64,000 nt of DNA. Source: Thermoproteota archaeon. GTDB taxonomy: Archaea > Korarchaeota > Korarchaeia > Korarchaeales > Korarchaeaceae. Numbering within the stretch: the first letter of the stretch is position 1; each line of letters opens with the position of its first letter. The stretch is taken from assembly GCA_027491735.1 (NCBI GenBank), contig JAOZGP010000023.1:32001-96000 (forward strand), written 5' to 3'. The notes under the pieces were generated by a model. The model was not told the origin of the DNA. It ran no database searches and worked only from the letters and a program-made list of their open reading frames with translations. Shown in pieces: positions 48,774-60,125 of this stretch. A program made the translations under genes and the position numbers.

Positions 48774-50075
48774 TCACAGCCCCAGGACCTGTTTGTAGCC
48801 CTCCAAATCTAAGAGTCCGTGTCCCGAGTAGTTGAAGACCACGACTTTCTCCTCTCCCATTTCCTTGGCCTTGAGCGCCTCCCTTATGGCCACTGCCACG
48901 GCATGGGACGTCTCAGGAGCAGGTATCACTCCTTCCGTCCTCGCGAAGAGTTGAGCTCCTCTGAACGCCTCCTCCTGATCTACAGCCATCGGCTTCACAA
49001 TTCCCTCCTTCACGAGAAGCGATAGAGTGGGAGCGCATCCATGGTATCTGAGGCCTCCGGCGTGTATCGGAGGTGGTATGAATCCATATCCCAGCGTGTA
49101 CATCTTGATGAGAGGCGTCGTCTGGGCAGCATCACCGAAATCGTATCTGTACTCTCCCTCCGTCATTGAGGGACAAGCCTTAGGCTCCACAGCTATTATC
49201 TCCGGCTTCTCTTCGAGCTTTCCCCTTAAGTACTTACCTATTGTAGGGTAGGAGAATCCGGCGAAATTGCTTCCTCCCCCAACACATCCTATCAGGACAT
49301 CTGGTTCCTCGTCTATCTTCTTCAGCTGAAGATCGACCTCCTGCCCTACTATAGTCTGATGCAGAAGGACGTGATTTAGAACACTCCCCAAGGAGTACTT
49401 TGTTTTATCGTCATGTAGAGCTGCCTCCAGAGCTTCGCTTATGGCTATGCCCAGCGACCCTGTGTTGTTCGGATCCTCCGCCAGTAGCTTCCTTCCAAAG
49501 CTGGTTATCTCGCTGGGGGATGGGTGGACCTCAGCTCCGTAAAGCTTCATGACATGCTTCCTGTAGGGCTTCTGCATGTAGGATATCCTGACCATGAATA
49601 TCAAGGCCTTGAGCCCTACCAGGGCCGTGGAGCAGGCGAGAGCGGAGCCCCACTGTCCAGCACCTGTCTCGGTCGTGAGCCTCTCCACACCCTCCTTCAC
49701 GGCATAGTATGCTTGAGCTATGGCTGTGTTGAGCTTGTGGCTCCCGGTGGGGGAGAGATCCTCCCTCTTGTAGTATATCTTGGCTGGAGTCCTGAGATAA
49801 CGTTCCAGCTTGATGGCTCTTTGGAGAGGAGAGGGCCTCCCCATCATGATATAGTATTCCCTGAGCTCATTCGGTATATCTATGAACCTCTCCATGGAGG
49901 CTTCCTGCCTCACGCATTCCTTGATAAACACTGCTTCTAGATCCTCCGGCTTAACCGGTTCTCCTGTTTTGGGATTTAGATACGGTGGAAACTCCTCCCT
50001 GAGATCAGGTAGGATGTTGTACCACTTCTCAGGAAGCTCGCCCGTATCCAAGCATATTCTGATAGCTTCATCCAT
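48774..50075 (-). CDS. trpB2: Tryptophan synthase beta chain type 2 (TrpB2)
   Basis: [42 protein letters not shown] and SGHGLLDL motifs. Confidence 0.93.
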   Translation of the reverse strand: MDEAIRICLDTGELPEKWYNILPDLREEFPPYLNPKTGEPVKPEDLEAVFIKECVRQEASMERFIDIPNELREYYIMMGRPSPLQRAIKLERYLRTPAKIYYKREDLSPTGSHKLNTAIAQAYYAVKEGVERLTTETGAGQWGSALACSTALVGLKALIFMVRISYMQKPYRKHVMKLYGAEVHPSPSEITSFGRKLLAEDPNNTGSLGIAISEALEAALHDDKTKYSLGSVLNHVLLHQTIVGQEVDLQLKKIDEEPDVLIGCVGGGSNFAGFSYPTIGKYLRGKLEEKPEIIAVEPKACPSMTEGEYRYDFGDAAQTTPLIKMYTLGYGFIPPPIHAGGLRYHGCAPTLSLLVKEGIVKPMAVDQEEAFRGAQLFARTEGVIPAPETSHAVAVAIREALKAKEMGEEKVVVFNYSGHGLLDLEGYKQVLGL

Positions 50076-50701
50076 GTGATCACCCCCTCAACACCGACGC
50101 CGGCGATTCCAGGTCAATGAAGGAGCGCTTGGTTGTCCTTGGGAAGAGCCTCTGCTGTCGATCTCCGCCTCAATACTTGCCCTAATCTCATCTCCTCTAG
50201 GAGAGACCTCTGCATCCCCACTTCCGTAGTTCACCAGCGAGGCGGATGTTCTCCTGGAACCTAGTGATCTCATGGTCTTGATCCTATGGTGCTTATTCAG
50301 AAAGACCATGATCTTCAGATCAACACCTACAGTTCTTCTGATGATTGCGTGACTTCCTGAATTGGTTCTTATTCCATAAACCTTCCCATGGATGATGCTC
50401 CTGCGCCTTTCGAGGAGCTGTCCGGAAACTTGGCAGATCAAGTTGTTGAGACCTGGAGATCTCCTCATGCAGAAGACAGGATTATGGAGGCCAAAGATGG
50501 TCACCCATGTTCTCACCTGGCTGTCCAAACCTCAGGAAGAGCAGCTTTTAATCTTTGTGGACAGGTGCTCACGTCTAGTTGAGAGGCCTGGCTGACGGTG
50601 GAGACAACACCTTTAGGCAGAAGCCTTCTTCTGATCTGAAAGATGTCGAGGAGGCTTCGGATGATGGAAAATTTATTAAAAGCACCCCTTAAGAACTAAC
50701 T

Positions 50702-51937
50702 GTGCTCCTAAACCCAGAAACTCTCACATTAATTGTCGTCGCACTCGTCTATGCAGCCATAATAGCCATACCCAGGATGCGATCTGTCATCTCGATTGTA
50801 GGGGTTTTTCTGATGGCATATGTTGTTAAAGTCGTTCATCTCAATGATCTAACTTCAGAGGTCCTGATAAAGCCTCTGATAATCCTGTTTGGTCTGATGG
50901 CCTTGGGAGGACTCCTCCGGGAGAGCGGCTTCTTCACCTACCTCGTCCGTTTGGCAGTAAAGCTGTCGAGTGGAAGAGGGAATGTCTTCTTCCTCACGGT
51001 CTGTGCTTTCACATGCCTCTTATCCGCCCTGATAGGGAATACCCTCGCGGCTTACTTCATGGTTCTGGCCACCGTATCCTCCCTCAAGGAACTGAACGTC
51101 GACCCTAAGCCATACGTGATCTCCGAAATAATCCTGGCCAACATAGCTGGGACTGCCACACTGATAGGTGAGCCGTCCAACATAGTAATAGGAAGCTGGC
51201 TCCTTCTCTCCTTCAACCTGTTCGTCGCCAGGCTGGGATGGATAGTGACCATATGTGCTGTGACATCCGTATTGCTGCTCTTATACCTCTTCAGGGAGAG
51301 GTTGAGCGACATCCCGAGCAAGGTCGACCTGAACATGAATGGAGAGCACAGAATTCTCATGATAGGAGGAATAGCCTCCATGATTGCCTCGATTGTGCTT
51401 TTATTTTTAGGAATTGAACCCGTGGCTGCTTTAAGCGTCCTCGCGATGGCCATACTCTTCTTTGGAGGTAGGAGAACTGAGAGGATAATGGCCAACATGG
51501 AGTGGAGCACCTTCATCTACGTTGGAAGCGTAGTGCTCATGGCTAGAGGGCTTCAGAACGCCGGAGCAACAGTCGAGCTTGCTAGGCTCATCTCATCTTG
51601 GAGAGTAGATCTTTTCCTCTCATCTCTCCTCTTTTCATTTCTGCTCTCCACGTTTCTGGATGACCTGCAGACCTCAGCTCTCATGGTGCCCACAATGGCC
51701 AACCTGATATCAGTTGGAGACTTCCCTCCCTGGTGGGCCCTGATAATGGGACTTGGATTCGGATCAGCTGCGAGTTCCATAGGCTCCTACACAACCATAA
51801 TATCCCTCCAAGCAGCTCGAAGGGAAGGATGTGAGATCGGCGGTCTCGAGTACCTCAAGAAAGGACTGCTCATATCGACAGTATCTCTAACGCTGACCGT
51901 GATCTTGTTTCTCATCGGAGAGAGAGTGGTTCCATGA
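50702..51937 (+). CDS. ArsB/NhaD (ion transporter superfamily) permease, divergent copy
   Basis: LSALIGN, ANIAGTATLIGEPSNIVI and MEWSTFIY motifs. Confidence 0.78.
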   Translation: MLLNPETLTLIVVALVYAAIIAIPRMRSVISIVGVFLMAYVVKVVHLNDLTSEVLIKPLIILFGLMALGGLLRESGFFTYLVRLAVKLSSGRGNVFFLTVCAFTCLLSALIGNTLAAYFMVLATVSSLKELNVDPKPYVISEIILANIAGTATLIGEPSNIVIGSWLLLSFNLFVARLGWIVTICAVTSVLLLLYLFRERLSDIPSKVDLNMNGEHRILMIGGIASMIASIVLLFLGIEPVAALSVLAMAILFFGGRRTERIMANMEWSTFIYVGSVVLMARGLQNAGATVELARLISSWRVDLFLSSLLFSFLLSTFLDDLQTSALMVPTMANLISVGDFPPWWALIMGLGFGSAASSIGSYTTIISLQAARREGCEIGGLEYLKKGLLISTVSLTLTVILFLIGERVVP

Positions 51938-53298
51938 TGTCCAGCAGACAATTCACGAGGATCGCTTTCATCGCGGGCCTGATACTCGCCTACTACCTCG
52001 GATACCTGAGGGGAAGTGGAATCCTCACAGAGATGCAGCTCAGGGCCCTTCTCGTATTCATAGCGGCCTACTTCTTGATAGCAACTGAGGTCAGACAGGA
52101 GAACGTGGTCACGCTATCGGCCATAGTGATGATCTGGCTCCTGGGCATAATGGAGCCAAGGGATATGGTCAGGTACGTGGATATCCAGACTCTTGGAATC
52201 CTGTTTGGCATGATGGTGGTTGTGGGCGCTCTGCAGGAGGCTGGCTTTTACGACTATCTAGGATACAGGATCAGAAGCTCTCTGGGCGGGAGACCAGATG
52301 CATCCTTCTGGGTCATAATGTTTCTGACATACCTGCTTTCAGCTTTTCTTCCAAACATAACAGCTGTGATGTTCACCGTTCCCCTGCTCTTCTCGACTTG
52401 TAGAATGTATGGTGAGAACCCGCCCTTCATGCTCGCAGCCATGGTGATGGCCGCCAACTCCGGCGGGTTTGCCACACTCGTGGGGGATCCGCCCAACATG
52501 ATGATAGCCTCCAGAACAGGCTTCACCTTCAGGGACTTCATGCTGAACACCTTCCCCATATCCGCCATATCCATGATCGGTGGCATCTTCTTTCTCAAGT
52601 TCGTCTATAGAAGGTTCGTTAGAGAGGGAGAGACCGTCTCCTGGATCAGCAATGAGGAAGTTGAGGAGGAATTTCAGATAAAGGACAGGAGATTTTTCTA
52701 TCTATCGCTAACAGCCTTCTTAGCGAGCATGATAGCATTTACGATCTCAGATAAGCTTGGATTGACACCAGCTGAGGTTGCTCTCTTCACAGCAGTGTTC
52801 TTAATGGCTGTCGGCGGGGAGAAAATGTCTCGAATATTGGAGAACGTTCAATGGGACATTCTTCTCTTTGTGGCATCAATATTTGTTGTTGTAGGAGCTT
52901 TGGAGTATACAGGTCTTCTCCAGTTGATCTCGTCAGCTATACTGCCTCTGCTCGAGGTCAACCCACGGTTGTCGATATCCCTCATACTCTGGATAGCTGC
53001 TCTTGGATCGGCGGTCATACCGAACATACCATTCGCAGCGGTGATGACCCCCCTGTTAGCGGGGATAACACCTCGTCTGAGTCCGGATGTGTCCAACGCC
53101 CTCTGGTGGAGTTTAGCCACCGGTCTGGCTTTGGGAGGAAATTTCACTCCCATATCCGCAGCTCCAAACGTTGTAGCCCTTTCCATAGCTGAGAGGTACG
53201 GCGTCAGGATGAGCTTCAAGGAGTTCGTGAGGATGGCCCTTCCTCCAGCGCTGGTCGCCGTGGCGACAGCCAACCTGTACCTGGTGGCGGCCTACTGA
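51934..53298 (+). CDS. ArsB/NhaD (ion transporter superfamily) permease
   Basis: SAFLPNITA, ANSGGFATLVGDPPNMMI, IPNIPF and LGGNFTPISAAPN motifs. Confidence 0.85.
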   Translation: MMSSRQFTRIAFIAGLILAYYLGYLRGSGILTEMQLRALLVFIAAYFLIATEVRQENVVTLSAIVMIWLLGIMEPRDMVRYVDIQTLGILFGMMVVVGALQEAGFYDYLGYRIRSSLGGRPDASFWVIMFLTYLLSAFLPNITAVMFTVPLLFSTCRMYGENPPFMLAAMVMAANSGGFATLVGDPPNMMIASRTGFTFRDFMLNTFPISAISMIGGIFFLKFVYRRFVREGETVSWISNEEVEEEFQIKDRRFFYLSLTAFLASMIAFTISDKLGLTPAEVALFTAVFLMAVGGEKMSRILENVQWDILLFVASIFVVVGALEYTGLLQLISSAILPLLEVNPRLSISLILWIAALGSAVIPNIPFAAVMTPLLAGITPRLSPDVSNALWWSLATGLALGGNFTPISAAPNVVALSIAERYGVRMSFKEFVRMALPPALVAVATANLYLVAAY

Positions 53299-53459
53299 GA
53301 TGGTTATTTTTGTTAAAAGAATTCACACCAGTAGGGAAAGATTCCGAGAGCAGAGGATCTATCAAATTGTCCTTTCTTACGCTGATTTACCTATATAGCG
53401 ATGCTTATGTAAAAGATTATTAAGCAAGCCCGGGGGGATCTCCCCGGTGATGATTCAAG

Positions 53460-54827
53460 ATGAGCGATGCCTGTAGAGATGAGAAGAGGAAGGAAGAGGC
53501 CAACAAACCATACAAGCTGGCTATGGAGTACGCGGATATTTATGGCGGTAAGATAGAGATTGCTCCGAGGGTTCCCGTCTATCACCTGAAGGACTTCGCT
53601 GTATGGTATACTCCTGGCGTTGCCGAGGTCTCAAGGCGGATAGCCGAGAAACCCGATCTCTCCCTAGAATACACCAATAGATGGAATACTATAGCTGTCC
53701 TCACAAACGGCACCAGGGTGCTGGGCCTCGGGGATGTAGGTCCAGAGGCCTCCCTCCCTGTGATGGAGGGTAAGGCTCTCTTGTTCAAGTATCTCGGTGG
53801 CGTCGATGCCTTTCCAGTGACTATAAGGGTCAAGGACAGGAAGACATTCGTCGAGGTGGCCAAGATCCTGGAGCCCACCTTTGGAGGAATAAACCTGGAG
53901 GACATAAGGTCGCCCGACTGTTTCTACATATTAGAAACCCTGAGGAAGGAGCTCAATATCCCCGTTTGGCACGATGATCAGCAGGGAACTGCTGGGGCAA
54001 CTGTAGCCGGATTGATAAATGCCCTGAAGATCACGGGAAGGAGTCCACAAGAGACCAAGGTGGCGTTCATAGGATGTGGAGCCGCCAACATAGCTGGAGC
54101 GCGACTCTGTTTCATAATAGGGATAAGACCTGAAAACACGATCATGGTGGACAGCAAGGGCATACTCTACAAGAGCAGGCCGGACATGGAGAAGGTCAGG
54201 AAGAAGAACCCATGGAAGTACGAGATGGCCGTTAAGACCAATCCTGAAGAGAGGAAAGGAGGCATAGCTGAGGCTCTAGAGGGCATGGATGTTGTGATAG
54301 CTGCTAGCAAGCCAGGACCTGGCGTTATAAAGCCGGAATGGATAGAGAAGATGAACAAGGACCCCATAGTCTTCGCTGAGGCCAACCCAGTGCCGGAGAT
54401 ATGGCCCTGGGAGGCCAAGGAGGCAGGAGCCAGGATCGTCGCCACAGGGAGAAGTGATTTCCCCAACCAAGTGAACAACAGCTTGGTGTTTCCGGCAATG
54501 TTCAGGGGAGTGCTGGACGTCAGGGCGAGGACCATAACGGATGAGATGGCTTCTGAGGCCGCTAAAGCCCTCGCCAAGTACGCCGAGGAGAGAGGGCTGA
54601 GGGAGGACTACATAATACCGACCATGGAGGAGTTCGAGGTGTTCCCATATGTAGCGGCGGCCACTGCCCTCAAGGCGATGGAGCAGGGAGTCGCCAGGAA
54701 GTTTCTCTCCAGGAACGAGATTCTGGAGAGGGCAAGATACATGATAAGCAGGTCAAGGAGGATGATGGAGGTACTTTTGGAGAAGGAGATCATAAAGAAA
54801 CCTCCTAAGGGGAAGATCTACTATTAG
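53460..54827 (+). CDS. NAD(P)-dependent malic enzyme
   Basis: [30 protein letters not shown] and [13 protein letters not shown] motifs. Confidence 0.94.
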   Translation: MSDACRDEKRKEEANKPYKLAMEYADIYGGKIEIAPRVPVYHLKDFAVWYTPGVAEVSRRIAEKPDLSLEYTNRWNTIAVLTNGTRVLGLGDVGPEASLPVMEGKALLFKYLGGVDAFPVTIRVKDRKTFVEVAKILEPTFGGINLEDIRSPDCFYILETLRKELNIPVWHDDQQGTAGATVAGLINALKITGRSPQETKVAFIGCGAANIAGARLCFIIGIRPENTIMVDSKGILYKSRPDMEKVRKKNPWKYEMAVKTNPEERKGGIAEALEGMDVVIAASKPGPGVIKPEWIEKMNKDPIVFAEANPVPEIWPWEAKEAGARIVATGRSDFPNQVNNSLVFPAMFRGVLDVRARTITDEMASEAAKALAKYAEERGLREDYIIPTMEEFEVFPYVAAATALKAMEQGVARKFLSRNEILERARYMISRSRRMMEVLLEKEIIKKPPKGKIYY

Positions 54828-55441
54828 GATCCTCTTTCCCTCCTCAATTTTTCACCATGGCCTTGAACCACAGAAGGTCGAATGTAGATCCCAGTTATGT
54901 ACCTGCGGGGTACCTCCTTAACTAGGTAGATGCTCCTACCAGCTTTTCTGACCTCGTACCCATCATTCGCCATGGCCTCGACATCCACCTCCAACACGAC
55001 GACGTCGGGCCCATGTCGGGAGGCCACTTCAATGGCTTCCTCTATGGAGGAAGAAAGATGCACGTATCTTCTTCTCTGAGGCTTTATGCCCTCTCTATCT
55101 ATGTTTCTCCAAGCCCTCAGGGTGGTTCCATGGAAGAGGACTTTGATGTCCCTGACGGGAGTACCGACCTTGTCCACCCTGACCGTATGTCCATAGGTGG
55201 CCCTTATCCTCCAGTCTCTCATCTCAAAACGCCCTTTGGGATCTCTCTCGACGACCATCTTTATGTGTTCCGGCCTGACCCATTCGTATCCCCTTCTCCT
55301 CGAGATTCTTCTTGCTAGCTCCTCGATGTCCACGCCCGAGAAACCCTCGTCATCCAGCTCCATGCCCACTGAGGAAGGGTTGTGCCTGAGAATGTATGTG
55401 AGCAGTCTGCTCAGCTTCTCCCTCCTCTTCTCCTCAATCAT
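54824..55441 (-). CDS. kptA: RNA 2'-phosphotransferase Tpt1/KptA
   Basis: [24 protein letters not shown] and YVHLS motifs. Confidence 0.93.
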   Translation of the reverse strand: MIEEKRREKLSRLLTYILRHNPSSVGMELDDEGFSGVDIEELARRISRRRGYEWVRPEHIKMVVERDPKGRFEMRDWRIRATYGHTVRVDKVGTPVRDIKVLFHGTTLRAWRNIDREGIKPQRRRYVHLSSSIEEAIEVASRHGPDVVVLEVDVEAMANDGYEVRKAGRSIYLVKEVPRRYITGIYIRPSVVQGHGEKLRRERGS

Positions 55442-56282
55442 TCGCTGCCTCCTTCAGGAGGTCCTGGATCCTCGCAGTCCTCTCAGCGTAGAGGTCGTGT
55501 TTGTGGACGCTCTCCGCGCTCCTCACACAGGCGAACACAAGAGCATCCCTCAGCTCCTTGAACTCCCTGACAACTCCGGCCAAGATGTCTCTGAGAACGT
55601 CCTCCGTGAGCTTTGGATTTTCGATCATCTGCATGACAAGAGTTGCCTCCTCCGGCCTCTTCAGGAGTGTTCTCGTCGGAGAGCTCATCGCATCCTCGAC
55701 TATCCTGGCCATTTTGTGGTGATCGGGAGGCATCTCACCATGGACCAGAATCCTGAGCATACCCACGCTCCTCTGAGTGTGAGTTCCCGTCAGACCACCA
55801 AAATCTCCCATGTTTTTGCTTCTAAGGAACGTTCTTATGAGCTCTTGACTGCAGGGACAAGCCGTGGCACCAACCACCCTCACAGAGGTTCCACTGATGA
55901 TCCCCCTCGACCTCCTCCTGGAGAACATCTCGACGCGATATGGCTCTCCGTCCATCAGAGCGGTGAATCTGAGTCTGACCTCGAAGGAGCTGGTGTAGGG
56001 AAGTAAATGAGTCATCCTCGTGATCGCTCCTGCGATCACCTCCTCAGGAGAGAACCCAGCCATGGAAAGAAGTGCCTCGTTCTCCCTGGAGAGATCCACC
56101 CCTCTTCTGTCGCCTGGAAGTTCAACGAAGACACTCGCTCTTCCAACAACTGTGAGACCTCCTAGGGAGACGGGAACTGCTATTCCCACTCCTCCGACTC
56201 TGTCTACTCTGAACCTCCACCTAGGAACCTCGGAGTGCACGTCTTTGGCACCCGCCAGAAGATCTCTAGGAAACCTGCTCAA
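55434..56282 (-). CDS. mptA: GTP cyclohydrolase FolE2/MptA family
   Basis: RGVDLSR, TACPCS, THTQRS, LLKRPEE, NPKLTEDVLR and ESVHKHD motifs. Start placed at TTG 56282 after a G-rich RBS. Confidence 0.82.
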   Translation of the reverse strand: MSRFPRDLLAGAKDVHSEVPRWRFRVDRVGGVGIAVPVSLGGLTVVGRASVFVELPGDRRGVDLSRENEALLSMAGFSPEEVIAGAITRMTHLLPYTSSFEVRLRFTALMDGEPYRVEMFSRRRSRGIISGTSVRVVGATACPCSQELIRTFLRSKNMGDFGGLTGTHTQRSVGMLRILVHGEMPPDHHKMARIVEDAMSSPTRTLLKRPEEATLVMQMIENPKLTEDVLRDILAGVVREFKELRDALVFACVRSAESVHKHDLYAERTARIQDLLKEAAND

Positions 56283-56675
56283 GAGATACGACCCCCCACT
56301 TGAGCTCCCGAGAACCTCTTGACCTTTTCGACCCGATGCTCGAATATAAGCTCGTCCTTCCTGGGGATCTTCGCACACCTTCCGTGGAGCGTTGGGCTTC
56401 CGAGGCTCAGGAAGCCGTTGAACCAGTCCTGAGAAAGGCCTTCCTTGCCCTCTCAGCAGTTCTGATCATTCGCCAATCTTTCTACAGCTCTCACAAAATC
56501 CATGACTCCAGATCTCATAAACCTTCGAGAGACCTTCAGATCTGTCGAATTTCACCATTTTCGGCATCATCACATGCCCAAGCGGGCTCAACGGCTCTTG
56601 ATCTTCCTGTATCGGGCTGTCAGGTCTCACACCTGACGTACCTGAAAAGTTATTTATGTAGCTCCTGACATTTTT

Positions 56676-57686
56676 TTGGATCGCTTCATGAGAATCATGA
56701 GAAGATCGGTAGTTCTTCTCCTCCTGCTTCTCGCGGTATCAGCGTTTCCGACAAGAGCCAATGTGAGAAAGGTGGTCGTCATATCGAACTCTGTAGATCG
56801 GCCGGCAGCCCTTAAGCTCGTGACCTACCTCATGATGGGAGGGGTACCAGCCAGAACAGGCAGTCCTTCTGAGTTCTCCTCACTCATTAAGTCTGGAGAG
56901 GTCGGAGAGATCATGGTGCTCGGAGGGCCGGATGCCTATCAAGGAGTGGGAAACATATCGTCTGAGCTCATGAACAGGATCGATCAGAGTTACCTGAGGA
57001 AGAACAGAGGGGCGGCGGTCATCAGAAGATATGGCTTCTTCATTGGAGGAAGGTTCAAGGACATCGTGATTATAGCGGGAAGCACAAGAGAGGAGACAAA
57101 ACTCTGTGCTGAGTTGTACGCAGCTCTTGGGTTTCCTGGGTCCTTGGTCTATCCGGAGGTCGTGAGCAGCATCAACAGAGGTTCAAAGAAGAGCCTGATT
57201 TATGTGCACAAGCGTGTTGGAGAGGGAGAAATCAACACGACCGTGATCAGGGTCAGCTACTTCTCCGGGGAGGTGGAAGGATCTCCCGGAGAGGGGTACT
57301 CCTGGAGCTATGAGATCAGAGCGAAGAACCATACTGCGGAGATCCTCAACTACAACGTCTTTCTGAAGAATGGAAAGTACTGCCACCGATCCAGTGTCAA
57401 GTTCAACAGGAGCCAGGAGCACACACAGTGGAAGTGCTCTCCAGCATCATCAGCTAGGATAAGGAAGATCTATGGAGATGCTGAGTTCGCCTCCGCCATA
57501 CTGGGCATGTTCCTGAAGGTGGAGAACAGGACGGTTCCGGCAGGTACCTTCAGATGCGTTGTGGAGGAAAGACCTGGTTTGAAGGTCTGGCTATCGCCGG
57601 AGGTGCCCCTCACAAGGGTGGTGGCTGCTGAGTCGGAGGCGGGAGATGTTAAGATCTCGCTCGAGCTGAGATCAGTGGAGGGATGA
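56676..57686 (+). CDS. Secreted/surface protein of unknown function
   Basis: Signal peptide MRRSVVLLLLLLAVSA; N-domain NSVD..A, VLGGPDAY and IAGSTREET resembles S-layer/cell-wall-binding domains; C-terminal TVPAGTF motif. Confidence 0.7.
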   Translation: MDRFMRIMRRSVVLLLLLLAVSAFPTRANVRKVVVISNSVDRPAALKLVTYLMMGGVPARTGSPSEFSSLIKSGEVGEIMVLGGPDAYQGVGNISSELMNRIDQSYLRKNRGAAVIRRYGFFIGGRFKDIVIIAGSTREETKLCAELYAALGFPGSLVYPEVVSSINRGSKKSLIYVHKRVGEGEINTTVIRVSYFSGEVEGSPGEGYSWSYEIRAKNHTAEILNYNVFLKNGKYCHRSSVKFNRSQEHTQWKCSPASSARIRKIYGDAEFASAILGMFLKVENRTVPAGTFRCVVEERPGLKVWLSPEVPLTRVVAAESEAGDVKISLELRSVEG

Positions 57687-57687
57687 G

Positions 57688-59577
57688 TTAGTTTTTCTCT
57701 CCTCTTGTTTTTCCTTGAAAGCCGCTTTCGTCCTCGGAAACTGTCTCCAAGAACCTCTCATAGGCCCCTCTAAGGCTTCTGTAGAGGAGCTTCATTAGAT
57801 CATATAGGATGAGGGCCATCACGAACAGGAGGACCGAGGATACCACGAGGACGACCCACCTGATATCCCCTCGAGATATCGTGAGGCCTCTTGGTAGGAC
57901 TAGGAACACCACCGTTATGAGAGTCAGGTAGGTGAGATCTAAGAGAGCCCTGCTCACGGCTGTCTCCGTGACCCCGAGCCTTTCGACAAGTTGGGAGGAG
58001 AGGGTGTCCATGAAATGTTTCATGACCATCAGCATCCTGTAACCGAAGTATATGATGGCCGACATCTGTACCACCCAAAGCAGATCGGCCATTCTCATGG
58101 TGATGGAGCCGATGGACATTATCTCATAGCCTCCAATGACCCAGGACATCGCCCTGATTACGAGAATCACTATCGCCAATTTAAAGGCAGAGACTACAGC
58201 GAGAGTAACCTCGCTCATGCCGCAAGCTCTCGTTTCCTCGATCTCTGGCTGTGGGGCCCTCTTCATGGATTTAACCTTTCTAACTTTCTTTTTAGGTTCT
58301 TTAGGTTCATGTCCAGTTGTGAGAATTGATACTACAGCAAAAACCGTTGGAAAAGAAGCCATGTAGAGCAGAAACATGTTCGGCAGTTCCACCGCTACGA
58401 ACATCGCCGCCATGAGGAGTCTCACATCCCTAGTGCAGAGGCTGTACCTTCTCAGGTCAGTTCCGGCGATCTTCGATATGTAGCTCACTGTGAACACGTT
58501 GGCTGCGGCCAGGAGGGATATCATGATGTTCATGTGGGAGGTCAGGGCCGCTGCCATCACCACCGCTAGATCGGCGTACCTGTCCAGGACTGTGTCCATG
58601 AGTGCTCCGAACTTGCTGGTCCTGGAGAACAGTCTGGCGATCTCTCCGTCGATACCGTCAACTATCGATCCGAGCTGAATAAGTGCAGCCGAGAGAAGCG
58701 GTTCTGTAGACAGAAGATAGGCTCCTCCAACGCAGAGGAGAAAAGAAATAAGGGAAATAAGATTTGGACTTATGAATACCCCTCTCCTATAGAGAAAGAC
58801 AGAGATCCTGGTGGATATCGGCCTATTTATCAATCTAGATACAGGTCCATCTTCCGGCTTTGTGAGACTTCTCCTCAGAATTTTTGGGAGGATCTTCCTT
58901 GCTCTGACCAGGTCCTTGGGGGTGTCGATGTCAGCCCACACCAAGCCCGTGACGTCCACATATCCGACCTCATCTAGCTCTATGGCCCTGCTCAGGGCGT
59001 CAGCTATGGAGGATCCGGGACCCTTGCTCCTTATTACTTCCTCCGCTATCCTCACACTTTTGGGCGAGCAGAGAAACAGGCCAGTATCTATCCCACAGGT
59101 CGAAGGAGCATCCTTTCCGATCTCATAGATCACATCGTTTCTGACCACGATCTTGAGTCCCTCCTCTAGCTTGTCCCATTCGGGATTTCTGTCCAAGCAC
59201 AGGACAAAGCTTCTCTCAGCCCTCCTGGAGATGAGTCTCCTGAGGATCTCGAGCTCGAATATGTGATCCGACATGAGCAGCAGAAACTCCTCCTCAAGGT
59301 CTCGAGCTCCAACAAGCATGGAAGTCAGGTTTCCTGAACTTTCCTCCCTATTCACCCGAACCTCAAGCTCGGGATACCTCTCCATGAAGATCTCCTCGAA
59401 CTCTGGTCTCGTTACGAGGACTATCCGCTGAACGTCCATCTCCCGGAGGTGCTTCAAGATGAGATCCAGGATCGTGAACCCCGGATCGAGCTCAAACAAG
59501 CACTTGGGTCTATCCTTGGAGAGGTCGCCAAATCTGCTGGCTCTTCCAGCAGCCAATATCACAGCAACCTTGGACAA
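57688..59577 (-). CDS. Bifunctional IPCT/DIPPS-like enzyme (NTP transferase plus CDP-alcohol phosphotransferase) with extra C-terminal membrane domain
   Basis: ILAAGRASRF..PKCL, LMSDH, IDTGLF, WADIDT; DGPVSRLINRPIS, PNLIS, DGIDGEIAR...GALMDTVLDRYAD; about 200 additional residues follow. Confidence 0.82.
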   Translation of the reverse strand: MSKVAVILAAGRASRFGDLSKDRPKCLFELDPGFTILDLILKHLREMDVQRIVLVTRPEFEEIFMERYPELEVRVNREESSGNLTSMLVGARDLEEEFLLLMSDHIFELEILRRLISRRAERSFVLCLDRNPEWDKLEEGLKIVVRNDVIYEIGKDAPSTCGIDTGLFLCSPKSVRIAEEVIRSKGPGSSIADALSRAIELDEVGYVDVTGLVWADIDTPKDLVRARKILPKILRRSLTKPEDGPVSRLINRPISTRISVFLYRRGVFISPNLISLISFLLCVGGAYLLSTEPLLSAALIQLGSIVDGIDGEIARLFSRTSKFGALMDTVLDRYADLAVVMAAALTSHMNIMISLLAAANVFTVSYISKIAGTDLRRYSLCTRDVRLLMAAMFVAVELPNMFLLYMASFPTVFAVVSILTTGHEPKEPKKKVRKVKSMKRAPQPEIEETRACGMSEVTLAVVSAFKLAIVILVIRAMSWVIGGYEIMSIGSITMRMADLLWVVQMSAIIYFGYRMLMVMKHFMDTLSSQLVERLGVTETAVSRALLDLTYLTLITVVFLVLPRGLTISRGDIRWVVLVVSSVLLFVMALILYDLMKLLYRSLRGAYERFLETVSEDESGFQGKTRGEKN

Positions 59578-60011
59578 AGAGGCACCTCCAGTGAAGGGGA
59601 GATTTAAAGGTAACAAGACCTCGATCTCTCAAGATTCGACCGCCAGGAAGGGATATAAATTTTTCCGAAGGGTCGAAGCCCTCTGGAAGCTGATCCTCTC
59701 TGGGTCGGTTTCTCATGGAGGTCTTTTTCATAATTTTGGATTCTTCTCGCGGTCACCTGCGCCCGTTCTCAGCTTGATCGAGATCTATCACCTCCTGTCA
59801 GCTCTCAGATCCCAAAACAAGCCGAAAACCTCTCAGGAATATCACCTCACTGATGACAGCCCGGATCACATTCCTCAAGATAGGAGAGGATCTCATGAGA
59901 CCTGCCGCAGGAAGACGGTGTTCCAAAAGATGAACGAGCTTTTTCCACGACCCTCCGCTCCTTCACCACCTCAACGATCCCTTGGGGTGTTGTGGAAAAG
60001 TTTTAATACTC

Positions 60012-60125
60012 CCGGTCCTACTAGGCTTCCTGAAGAGAGCAGCTGGAGCTCCTCGGCTCAGTGGTGTGAGCCTCCGCAAGGTCGAGCTCCTGACGAGGTC
60101 CTCTTCAGGAGTGGTGGCTCACCGG
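60012..60125 (+). ncRNA. Candidate structured RNA (long nested hairpin) upstream of the NifB/NifX-family gene
   Basis: Perfect nested stems 60028-37/60101-10 (10 bp), 60045-51/60084-90 (7 bp) and 60055-60/60067-72 (6 bp); preceded by TATA-like TTTTAATA. Confidence 0.45.

Noticed and set aside
48774-50075. trpB without trpA
   Set aside because: Stand-alone TrpB2 is well established in thermophilic archaea.
50088-50640. 146-aa ORF upstream of trpB2
   Set aside because: No motif, no RBS and atypical composition; probably spurious or unrecognisably decayed.
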